A stretch of 64,000 nt of DNA from positions 238,261 to 302,260 of the forward strand of contig JBAZGN010000002.1 of assembly GCA_041652815.1 (NCBI GenBank), in the 5' to 3' direction. The notes below the pieces were generated by a model. That model ran no database searches, was not told the DNA's origin, and saw only the letters and a program-made list of their open reading frames with translations. Made by a program: the position numbers and the translations under genes. Numbering within the stretch: the first letter of the stretch is position 1; every line of letters begins with the position of its first letter. The stretch is from Candidatus Omnitrophota bacterium. GTDB taxonomy: Bacteria > Omnitrophota > Gorgyraeia > Duberdicusellales > 4484-171. Shown piece after piece: positions 50,516 to 58,178 of this stretch.

Positions 50516-53221
50516 ATGTCAAACGAGAAAAATTTTTACAATTTATCTATTCAGGGCATTGCTGAGGCGCTTAACGCCAACATCGATAAAGGGCTTAGTA
50601 GCGATGAAGCCAGCAAGCGGCTATCAGATTTTGGGCTTAATCAGCTTGAAGAAAAAAAGAAGATTTCTCCTTTTGAAATTTTCTTTGAGCAATTTAATGA
50701 TTTCATAATATGGATTTTGATAGGCGCCGCGGTTGTGTCAGGATTCTTAGGTGAATGGATAGACGCGCTCGCGATAGTTGCGATTGTTATATTAAATGCA
50801 ATTTTAGGTTTTATTCAGGAATACCGCGCAGAAAAATCACTCGCTGCCTTAAAAAAATTATCTTCACCTACCTCAAAAGTTATTAGAAACGCAGAGCGCC
50901 AGATTGTTTCGTCTTTACATCTTGTGCCGGGAGATTTAATTGAGCTTGAAGCAGGAGACAATGTTCCTGCTGATTCAAGAGTTATTTGGCATACCTCAAA
51001 TTTTAGCGTGCTCGAGGCAAGCCTTACAGGCGAGTCAACTCCGGTTGCAAAAACGTTACACGCCTTAGAAGAGAAAAAAATTCCCTTGGCGGATAGAGCG
51101 AATATGGTTTATATGGGAACCTCCGTAGTTTCCGGTAAAGCAAAGGCATTGGTTACTGAAACCGGAATGCGCACTGAACTTGGAAAAATTGCAACCATGG
51201 TTCAGCAGATTGGACGTGAAACCACGCCTTTACAGAAAAAACTTGAAACATTCGGAAAGTGGATAGTTTACCTTTGTTTTGCGCTTGTTGCTATTGTATT
51301 TATATTAGGCATTGTGCGTGGAGGAAAAATACTGGATATGTTTTTAACCGCAGTAAGCCTTGCGGTTGCGGCAATTCCGGAAGGCCTTCCCGCGGTAGTA
51401 ACTATTGCTCTAGCTTTAGGCGTGCAAAGAATGGTTAAGCGCCACGCGCTTATTAGGAAATTGCCGTCCGTTGAAACGCTTGGTTGTGCTACGGTTATTT
51501 GTTCTGATAAAACAGGTACGTTAACTAAGAATGAAATGACAGTGCAGGCAGTATTTGCCGCTAATTGTCTTTTTAAGGTAACCGGTATAGGATATGCGCC
51601 TGACGGGAACTTTCTGTCTTTCGAAAAAGAAATAAACCCTTCGCAATACCCTGATTTACTCAAGACGTTAACTTTAGGCGTATTATGTAATGCAGCTACA
51701 TTAATAAAAAAAGATACAGGCTACAAAATAATCGGTGACCCTACGGAAGGCGCGCTTTTAACCTGTGCTGCCAAGGCTGGGATTTTAAAGGAAGATATGG
51801 AAAAAGAATTTAATTTTTTCGATGAAATACCTTTTGATTCCGAAAGAAAAAAAATGACTGTCATCCGTAATTCTGCTGACGGAAAGAGGTTTGCTTTTGT
51901 AAAGGGTGCACCCGACATATTACTTAATGATTGTAAGGTGATTTACGAAAATTCAAGCACAAGAACTCTCTCTGCCGAAGACAGAAAAATAATATTAAAA
52001 GTAAATAATGATTTAGCAGATTCCGCAATGCGCGTTTTAGCGGTTGCCTATAAAGAAGTTTCGCCAGCTGAGAAAATCGAAGCGGAAACAATAGAGAACA
52101 ATCTTATTTTTTCAGGCTTAGTTGCTATGATTGACCCTCCGCGTGAAGAAGTAAAATTCGCAATGGAGGAATGTAAAACTGCCGGCATAAAAACAGTTAT
52201 GATTACTGGCGACCATAAAAATACAGCTGTGGCGATAGCGAAAGACCTGGGTTTTTTTAAGGAAGGCTCCATAGCTTTGGCTGGTGAAGAACTCGATAGA
52301 TTAAGCGAGGATGAATTTAGGAGTAAAATTGAAAAAATACCGGTATACGCAAGAGTTTCCCCGGAAAATAAATTAAGAATTGTGCGCGCATGGCGTGCGC
52401 GCCATGAGGTCGTTGCTATGACCGGCGACGGTGTAAATGACGCCCCGGCAGTAAAAGAAGCTGATATAGGCGTTGCCATGGGGATTACCGGCACCGACGT
52501 TACAAAAGAAGTTTCGGATATGGTAATTACCGATGATAACTTTGCTTCAATTGTCGCAGCAGTAGAAGAAGGCAGGGGTATTTACGAAAATATAAAGAAA
52601 TTTATTCATTATTTACTCTCCTGTAATACTGGAGAAATTCTGGTTATGTTTATTTCTTCTTTGGTTGGTTTGCCGGCGCCACTTCTTCCTATACATATAC
52701 TTTGGGTTAATCTTGTAACTGACGGATTTCCTGCGCTCGCTCTTGGCGTTGACCCGGTTGACCCTAACATTATGACAAAGCCGCCCCGTCCTACTAATGA
52801 ACCGGTAGTTACAAAACAAAGAGCAATTCTTATGCTTATGCAGGGCGCTTTTATTGCTTTTTGCAGTTTATTTGCTTTTATATTTGTGTTATTTATTGAG
52901 AAAGAAGGAATTGTTCGTGCGAGAACCGCGGCATTTATAGTTCTTGCCTGTAGCCAGTTGTTTCATTCATTTAATTGCCGGAATATGACGGAATCACTTT
53001 TTAAAATAGGAATTTTTACGAATAAAAAACTTATCCTGGCAAATTTTATATCATTTTTTTTACTGATGGCAGTTGTATATGTCCCATTTTTACAAAAAAT
53101 TTTTAAGACAGAGCCTTTAGGCAGCTTTGATTGGGTTTTGGTTGTGGCCATTTCTTCTTTCCCGTTGTGGGCAATGGAAATTGTAAAGATAATTAATAAG
53201 AAAAGAGGGTTTCTAAAATAA
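50516..53221 (+). CDS. P-type ATPase, type IIA (Ca2+-transporting, SERCA/PMR-like)
   Basis: The phosphorylation motif DKTGTLT, the hinge motif TGDGVNDAPA, the ion-site motif PEGLP and ten TMs are present. The length is 901 aa. Confidence 0.85.
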   Translation: MSNEKNFYNLSIQGIAEALNANIDKGLSSDEASKRLSDFGLNQLEEKKKISPFEIFFEQFNDFIIWILIGAAVVSGFLGEWIDALAIVAIVILNAILGFIQEYRAEKSLAALKKLSSPTSKVIRNAERQIVSSLHLVPGDLIELEAGDNVPADSRVIWHTSNFSVLEASLTGESTPVAKTLHALEEKKIPLADRANMVYMGTSVVSGKAKALVTETGMRTELGKIATMVQQIGRETTPLQKKLETFGKWIVYLCFALVAIVFILGIVRGGKILDMFLTAVSLAVAAIPEGLPAVVTIALALGVQRMVKRHALIRKLPSVETLGCATVICSDKTGTLTKNEMTVQAVFAANCLFKVTGIGYAPDGNFLSFEKEINPSQYPDLLKTLTLGVLCNAATLIKKDTGYKIIGDPTEGALLTCAAKAGILKEDMEKEFNFFDEIPFDSERKKMTVIRNSADGKRFAFVKGAPDILLNDCKVIYENSSTRTLSAEDRKIILKVNNDLADSAMRVLAVAYKEVSPAEKIEAETIENNLIFSGLVAMIDPPREEVKFAMEECKTAGIKTVMITGDHKNTAVAIAKDLGFFKEGSIALAGEELDRLSEDEFRSKIEKIPVYARVSPENKLRIVRAWRARHEVVAMTGDGVNDAPAVKEADIGVAMGITGTDVTKEVSDMVITDDNFASIVAAVEEGRGIYENIKKFIHYLLSCNTGEILVMFISSLVGLPAPLLPIHILWVNLVTDGFPALALGVDPVDPNIMTKPPRPTNEPVVTKQRAILMLMQGAFIAFCSLFAFIFVLFIEKEGIVRARTAAFIVLACSQLFHSFNCRNMTESLFKIGIFTNKKLILANFISFFLLMAVVYVPFLQKIFKTEPLGSFDWVLVVAISSFPLWAMEIVKIINKKRGFLK

Positions 53222-53225
53222 AAAA

Positions 53226-53756
53226 ATGAGCATAACCACGAAAACAGGCGATAGCGGAAAAACTTCTTTATTTTTTGGAGAAAGGATTTCTAAAGATGAT
53301 TTGAGAGTAGAGGCGTATGGAACGCTCGATGAGTTATGTTCATTCATGGGCATGGCAAAGAGCCTGGTTAAAGATAAGGCTACTAAAGGAATTGTAGAGG
53401 GCATCCAGCGCGATTTATTTATAATTGGTGCAGAAACAGCAACCCTGCCCAAATCCTTGAATAAACTTAAAAAAAGAATAAATACTAATTATGTATCAAA
53501 ACTTGAAAAGCTCATAAGGCACTGGGAGAGCAAAAAGAAATTCGAAGCCCGTTGTTTTTATTTACCGGGAGAAAACCTAATTTCCAGCTCTTTTGATATA
53601 TCAAGGACTATTGCGAGAAGGGCAGAACGCCTGCTGGTTGCTTTAAAAAGAAAGAAAATTATTAAAAATCCTGATATAATTATTTATCTAAACAGATTGT
53701 CCGATCTTTTATATCTTTTTGCGCGTAATTACGAAAAGAAGCCTAAAAGAAAGTAA
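53226..53756 (+). CDS. PduO-type ATP:cob(I)alamin adenosyltransferase
   Basis: The N-terminus is TKTGDSGKTSL. The ~176 aa length fits the PduO-type fold. Confidence 0.75.
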   Translation: MSITTKTGDSGKTSLFFGERISKDDLRVEAYGTLDELCSFMGMAKSLVKDKATKGIVEGIQRDLFIIGAETATLPKSLNKLKKRINTNYVSKLEKLIRHWESKKKFEARCFYLPGENLISSSFDISRTIARRAERLLVALKRKKIIKNPDIIIYLNRLSDLLYLFARNYEKKPKRK

Positions 53757-53777
53757 CTCGAAAATAAGGAGGTGTTT

Positions 53778-54176
53778 ATGAGAACCGTATTTAACTTTTT
53801 GTTTATTTTGTCTGTTTTTTGCTCGTTTCCGGCAAACGCCGTTGACTATGATGATACTTATTCAAAGGATGAAATAGGTTATGATAAATTTCTTTCCGTT
53901 CAGGATGACTATAAACTTGTTATGAAAGATAATGATATATACGTATATGATATAGCAGGCTTAAGCCGGCGGCGCATAACCCATACGGCAAAGTTAAATA
54001 AGCCAATGGCAACTTTTTCAAAGGACAGAGGTTATATCTTGTATGCGGAATATTCGAAAGAGGGTGAAAATGAGGGAGAGTTAAAATATTACAGGGTTAA
54101 ATTTGACCAGGACGATGATTCCCGGCAGCTTATTTCCAGTGACGAATATAACGCCTTAGCTTCCGGAGGCAAGTAA
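53778..54176 (+). CDS. Hypothetical exported protein
   Basis: A signal peptide and the RBS AAGGAGG are present. There is no known domain. Confidence 0.45.
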   Translation: MRTVFNFLFILSVFCSFPANAVDYDDTYSKDEIGYDKFLSVQDDYKLVMKDNDIYVYDIAGLSRRRITHTAKLNKPMATFSKDRGYILYAEYSKEGENEGELKYYRVKFDQDDDSRQLISSDEYNALASGGK

Positions 54177-54292
54177 AATAAAAATACGGATTTTATATAT
54201 TGATTGTTAACAGGTAAAAATACAAAAATTTACACCATTGGACACATCAAGCCACAAATAATTACGTACCGGCAGGCAGCCTTGTTTTTGGC

Positions 54293-54320
54293 TTGACAAA
54301 CATATCGGCAGGAGTATATT
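54293..54320 (+). promoter_or_regulatory. Sigma70-like promoter TTGACA-N16-TATATT driving a noncoding transcript
   Basis: It has a consensus -35 element and a good -10 element. There is no ORF downstream before the terminator. Confidence 0.4.
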
Positions 54321-54327
54321 AAAGGCA

Positions 54328-54497
54328 CAATCAGGCAATCGTCCCGAGTTTGAAGGGCTAAATCCAGGACGTTCCGCCTTCGCCCTTTGTTAGGGTAGTA
54401 GAAACTCTGACGGGCTACGGCGGACCAGCCCAGATAGATAGATTAAGGTGGCTGGAAAAACAATTAAAACCTTTGCATAAAGAGCAAAGGTTTTTTT
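54328..54497 (+). ncRNA. Candidate structured small RNA / unknown riboswitch-like leader (~170 nt) bounded by promoter and intrinsic terminator
   Basis: There is no ATG in the transcript. The GGGCT/AGCCC and TCCGCC/GGCGGA pairings are present. The terminator CCTTTGC-ATAAAGA-GCAAAGG + T7 lies at 54469..54497. Confidence 0.35.
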
Positions 54498-54516
54498 ATT
54501 TTATAGGAATTGAAAT

Positions 54517-55650
54517 ATGTTGATTAAAGCAAATATTAGCCTGGAAGAAAAACTTTCTATATTATCAAATGACTCGAAATATGACCTTGCCTGTGCCTGC
54601 GCTCCTTCTAAAGAGGAACATCGTAAGCGCTCGAAGGAAGATAAATGGATATATCCGGTTGTATTTCCTAACGGAGGCAAAACTTTTCTTTTTAAAACCC
54701 TTCTTTCCAATGAATGCATCAATAATTGTAAGTATTGCCCTTTAAGGATAAATGCAGATACAAAACGCTTAAGGTTAGAACCAGAAGAGCTTGTTAGGCT
54801 ATTTCTATCGTATTATAAAAGCGGAAAAGTATCCGGACTTTTCCTAAGCAGCGGCGTTATAAATAACCCCGACGTTACAATGGAACGTATCAACCATGCG
54901 GCAGTTTTACTGCGCCGTCAAAATTTCAGAGGTTACATTCATTTAAAAATTATTCCGGGAGCCTCAGACGCAGCTATCCGTAAGACGATTGCCTTGGCCA
55001 GTGCCGTATCGCTTAACATTGAAACAGCCGGAGAAGTAAATTTCAAAGAGCTTTCTACGACAAAGAACTATCTGCGTGACATAATAAACCCAACAAACCT
55101 TATCAGTAGATTAACTCAAAGGGGCTCTTTCTATCAAAACGTAAAACATACTACACAGTTTGTTGTCGGCGCATCCAAAGAGACAGATAAAGAGATTGTA
55201 GGCTATAGCTGGAAGCTTTATAGGGAGTTTAACCTTGACCGCGTATATTTTAGCAGTTATCAGCGCGGCGCAGGCGCGCAGGATTGTTTCGGCGAACGTT
55301 CCAGCTATACGAACAACCAATTGCTTACTCGGGAACACAGGCTTTATCAGGCAGACTGGTTGCTGCGTAAATACGGATTTCAAGCCTGCGAAATCCCTTT
55401 TTGTCCGGATGGTAACCTTTCTCTGGAGACTGACCCAAAAGAAATGTGGGCGCGAAGGCATCCGGAATCCTTCCCGATAAACATAAATAAAGCAGATAGA
55501 TTGAGCCTTCTTCGTATACCAGGTATCGGTATAGTTCTGGCAGAACGCATCCTTGCCTTTAGGAAAAACCGCGTAAAGTTGAGCTCTCTATCTGATTTGG
55601 GAAAAGTAAATAAAAACTTGAGAAAAGCCTTATCTTATATAGCTTTTTAG
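54517..55650 (+). CDS. Putative DNA modification/repair radical SAM protein (CxxxCxxC + C-terminal helix-hairpin-helix)
   Basis: CINNCKYCP is the radical SAM cluster motif. The C-terminal HhH is LLRIPGIGIVLAERIL. The length is 377 aa. Confidence 0.7.
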   Translation: MLIKANISLEEKLSILSNDSKYDLACACAPSKEEHRKRSKEDKWIYPVVFPNGGKTFLFKTLLSNECINNCKYCPLRINADTKRLRLEPEELVRLFLSYYKSGKVSGLFLSSGVINNPDVTMERINHAAVLLRRQNFRGYIHLKIIPGASDAAIRKTIALASAVSLNIETAGEVNFKELSTTKNYLRDIINPTNLISRLTQRGSFYQNVKHTTQFVVGASKETDKEIVGYSWKLYREFNLDRVYFSSYQRGAGAQDCFGERSSYTNNQLLTREHRLYQADWLLRKYGFQACEIPFCPDGNLSLETDPKEMWARRHPESFPININKADRLSLLRIPGIGIVLAERILAFRKNRVKLSSLSDLGKVNKNLRKALSYIAF

Positions 55651-55726
55651 CATAGGCAATACTAGTTGACAAATCCCCAGATAGGCGTATCATAAACATA
55701 CAAACAAACAAAAGATTAGAGTTCTT

Positions 55727-55768
55727 AGCCGTAAGGATAGGATAACTAACTTTACGGCTTTTTTATTA
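55727..55768 (+). terminator. Hairpin AGCCGTAA-N16-TTACGGCT + TTTTTT in the csp leader / after the radical SAM gene
   Basis: It has an 8-bp stem and a U-tract. It lies between a TTGACA-N16-TATCAT promoter-like site (55666..55693) and the csp RBS. Confidence 0.4.
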
Positions 55769-55803
55769 ATAGCGCACTTAGGTTGCGCAAAAAAGGAGGT
55801 TCA

Positions 55804-56013
55804 ATGCATACAGGTAAAATCAAAAAACTAGTCAGGGAAAGAGGTTTTGGCTTTATTAGTGACACTGACGGAAGCGAAGTGTTTTTTCACAAAAGCAGCT
55901 TGCTTGAGGCTCAGTTTGATTCTTTGAACGAAAACCAGGAAGTCGAATTTGAAACCCGTAAAGGCCCAAAAGGCCCAAGTGCTGTCAGCGTCCGTGTAAA
56001 AGCCCAACAATAG
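55804..56013 (+). CDS. Cold-shock protein (CspA family)
   Basis: The RNP1-like RGFGFI and the beta-barrel core are present. The length is 70 aa. The RBS AAAAAGGAGG precedes it. Confidence 0.8.
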   Translation: MHTGKIKKLVRERGFGFISDTDGSEVFFHKSSLLEAQFDSLNENQEVEFETRKGPKGPSAVSVRVKAQQ

Positions 56014-56022
56014 TTTATCGAT

Positions 56023-57309
56023 ATGAAAATAGCGTTTATCGAGCCTAGCCCTGTTGAGAGCAATGTTTACAGTAAATTGCACATGCCATTGCTGGGCCCT
56101 CTTTATTTGGGAGCAATCCTTAAACAACGAGGGCACCAGGTTTCGATTTTTAACGAAAATATTTACCGCCCCGATTATTCAAAACTTGATGCGGATTTAA
56201 TCGGAATTTCTATTCTTACCTCAACTTCTAAACGCGGCTATGAAATAGCCAAAAAATTTCCAAAAGAAAAAGTAATTATCGGAGGAGTCCATGCGAGTTT
56301 GCTCCCTGAAGAGTCTCTGCAATATGCGCGGCAAGTTGTTATTGGAGAAGCAGAAGAAGTTATCGCTGACATAGTTGAAGGCAGGATGAAAGATCCTATC
56401 GTGCGCGGTAGGGAAGTTAAAAATCTGGATAGTCTGCCGCAGCCGGATTTTTCTCTGGTAAAAGGCTATAAAATTCCGGCAATGATTATGCCGGTTTCTA
56501 CATCCAGAGGTTGCCCTTTTGACTGTAGTTTTTGTTCGGTAACAAAACTTTTTGGACGAAATTACCGTTTTAGAAGCGCGCAAAGTGTTATGCAGGAATT
56601 ATTAACGCGGAGAACCGGTACTTTATTTTTCTGCGATGATAATTTTACCGCTCATCCAAAGCGTACAGAAGAGTTATTGAAGCTTATGATGGAAAATAAG
56701 ATAAATAATTGGACATGTCAAGCGCGTTGCGATGTTGCTAAGAATGATAAATTGCTTAATATGATGGTTCGTGCCGGCTGCACCACGGTTTGCGTGGGCT
56801 TTGAGTCGGTTAACAACAAAACACTTGAGGCATACCACAAAAAACAAACAATAGAAGATATAATAAAAGCCATAAAATCTTTTCATAGAAAAAAAATTAA
56901 AATTCACGGTATGTTCATTTTAGGAGCAGATCAGGATAGCGCAAAAACCGTATGGGAAACATTAAAGTTTGCGATAAAGCAAAAAATTGATACTATTCAG
57001 ATGTCAATCCTAACGCCTTTCCCTGGGACTAAAATTTGCGAAGAGCTGGAACGGGAAAAAAGGATTTTTAGCCGCGACTGGAGCCTTTATGACGGCCAGC
57101 ACATTGTTTTTAAGCCAAAGCTACTGTCTGCGAGAGAACTTCAGCTAAACGTTGTAAGAGCGTATGCCAAATTTTATTCGCTTTCTAATTCTTTAGCTTT
57201 ACTTTTAGGGCTACGCTTAAGAAATGCTTTCTTTAGATTTATGGGCAACAGGATTGTTAAGAAATGGGTTGCTCATAACCGAAAGATGCAGTGGATACTG
57301 CAAGGATAG
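56023..57309 (+). CDS. B12-binding domain radical SAM protein (class B, DUF4070-like C-terminus)
   Basis: The N-terminal cobalamin-binding Rossmann-like domain is followed by SRGCPFDCSFCSV. The length is 428 aa. Confidence 0.75.
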   Translation: MKIAFIEPSPVESNVYSKLHMPLLGPLYLGAILKQRGHQVSIFNENIYRPDYSKLDADLIGISILTSTSKRGYEIAKKFPKEKVIIGGVHASLLPEESLQYARQVVIGEAEEVIADIVEGRMKDPIVRGREVKNLDSLPQPDFSLVKGYKIPAMIMPVSTSRGCPFDCSFCSVTKLFGRNYRFRSAQSVMQELLTRRTGTLFFCDDNFTAHPKRTEELLKLMMENKINNWTCQARCDVAKNDKLLNMMVRAGCTTVCVGFESVNNKTLEAYHKKQTIEDIIKAIKSFHRKKIKIHGMFILGADQDSAKTVWETLKFAIKQKIDTIQMSILTPFPGTKICEELEREKRIFSRDWSLYDGQHIVFKPKLLSARELQLNVVRAYAKFYSLSNSLALLLGLRLRNAFFRFMGNRIVKKWVAHNRKMQWILQG

Positions 57310-57318
57310 TTTTAAGAT

Positions 57319-57459
57319 ATGCAAAAAATAAAAACTTCAAGTAAAGGAAGAAGATGCAAATATCCTACCTGCAATATAGTTCTCAGTATCTATAACCACG
57401 AACGCTACTGTTATCTGCATAAGTGTAAAATGCTTCTTAAGCCAGCGAAAGTTAAATAA
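57319..57459 (+). CDS. Possible small basic Cys-rich protein (46 aa; C-x4-C ... C-x4-C zinc-ribbon-like)
   Basis: The ORF lies 10 bp after the B12-rSAM stop. It was not in the ORF track because it is under 60 aa. Its RBS is weak. Confidence 0.25.
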   Translation: MQKIKTSSKGRRCKYPTCNIVLSIYNHERYCYLHKCKMLLKPAKVK

Positions 57460-57585
57460 CCATCTTTTCCTCCAGCTCAACATCTTCATTAAAGCATAAA
57501 CTTTCTGCAGCATTACTAATATTCTAAAATCTTCAATTGATATATTTTTAATTCGGAAGTAAAATAATCTAGGATTTATAAACAT

Positions 57586-57742
57586 GTAATTGCTAGAAGC
57601 AGATTGCCGTGGATATTCGTTTCTATATTTACCCCTCGCGCCTATATATCGTGTAAATTTTCTCGGCCTACGGCCAGGAAAATTTACACGAAGCGCTTCG
57701 GGGTTAATTTTCCGCCTCAGGCGGAAAATTAAGGAGGTCCAT
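57586..57742. repeat. Intergenic dyad element, family R6, copy B
   Basis: It runs CGTGTAAATTTTCTCGGCCTACGGCCAGGAAAATTTACACG, then GCGCTTCGGGG and the CCGCCTCAGGCGG hairpin. Confidence 0.6.
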
Positions 57743-58081
57743 ATGAAAATAGAGGATTTGACCGGTAAGTTGGTTCTGTTTAAATTTTCTGAAGAAATAC
57801 GCTCAGATTTGTCGCTTTTTCAAATTTATAAAGACGAAATTTGGGCTTTGGTTACCGGCGTTGATGATATGGGCATATGGATAGAAAACCCGGCATATGA
57901 GCTTGGAATATGGTGGGATGAAAAAGGAAATTTAATACCACCGCACAAACAGGTGAAAGAAAAAGTAAAAACTGATATATTTATGCCCTGGCGTTATATA
58001 AAGGTTCTCATGAATGTGGTCGATGAAAGGTTTCAAAAGTCTAAAAACGAAAGGCTTCCGGGATTTCAGTCTTATAAATAA
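57743..58081 (+). CDS. Hypothetical protein (112 aa)
   Basis: The strong RBS AAGGAGG precedes ATG 57743. The upstream in-frame extension in the ORF track runs through the repeat. Confidence 0.45.
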   Translation: MKIEDLTGKLVLFKFSEEIRSDLSLFQIYKDEIWALVTGVDDMGIWIENPAYELGIWWDEKGNLIPPHKQVKEKVKTDIFMPWRYIKVLMNVVDERFQKSKNERLPGFQSYK

Positions 58082-58178
58082 TATAAACGGATTTTGTTAT
58101 AAACTAACTAGAAATTGAGATAACCCTTTTTTTAAAAATTTAGTATGCTGCAGAAAAATAAGTGATACGTTAAAAATA

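Noticed and set aside
57337-57585. 82-aa minus-strand ORF from the ORF track
   Set aside because: It has a low-complexity, hydrophobic/odd composition. It is antisense to the + strand micro-ORF and intergenic AT-rich DNA. It is inconsistent with the uniformly + strand gene organisation here. It is judged spurious.
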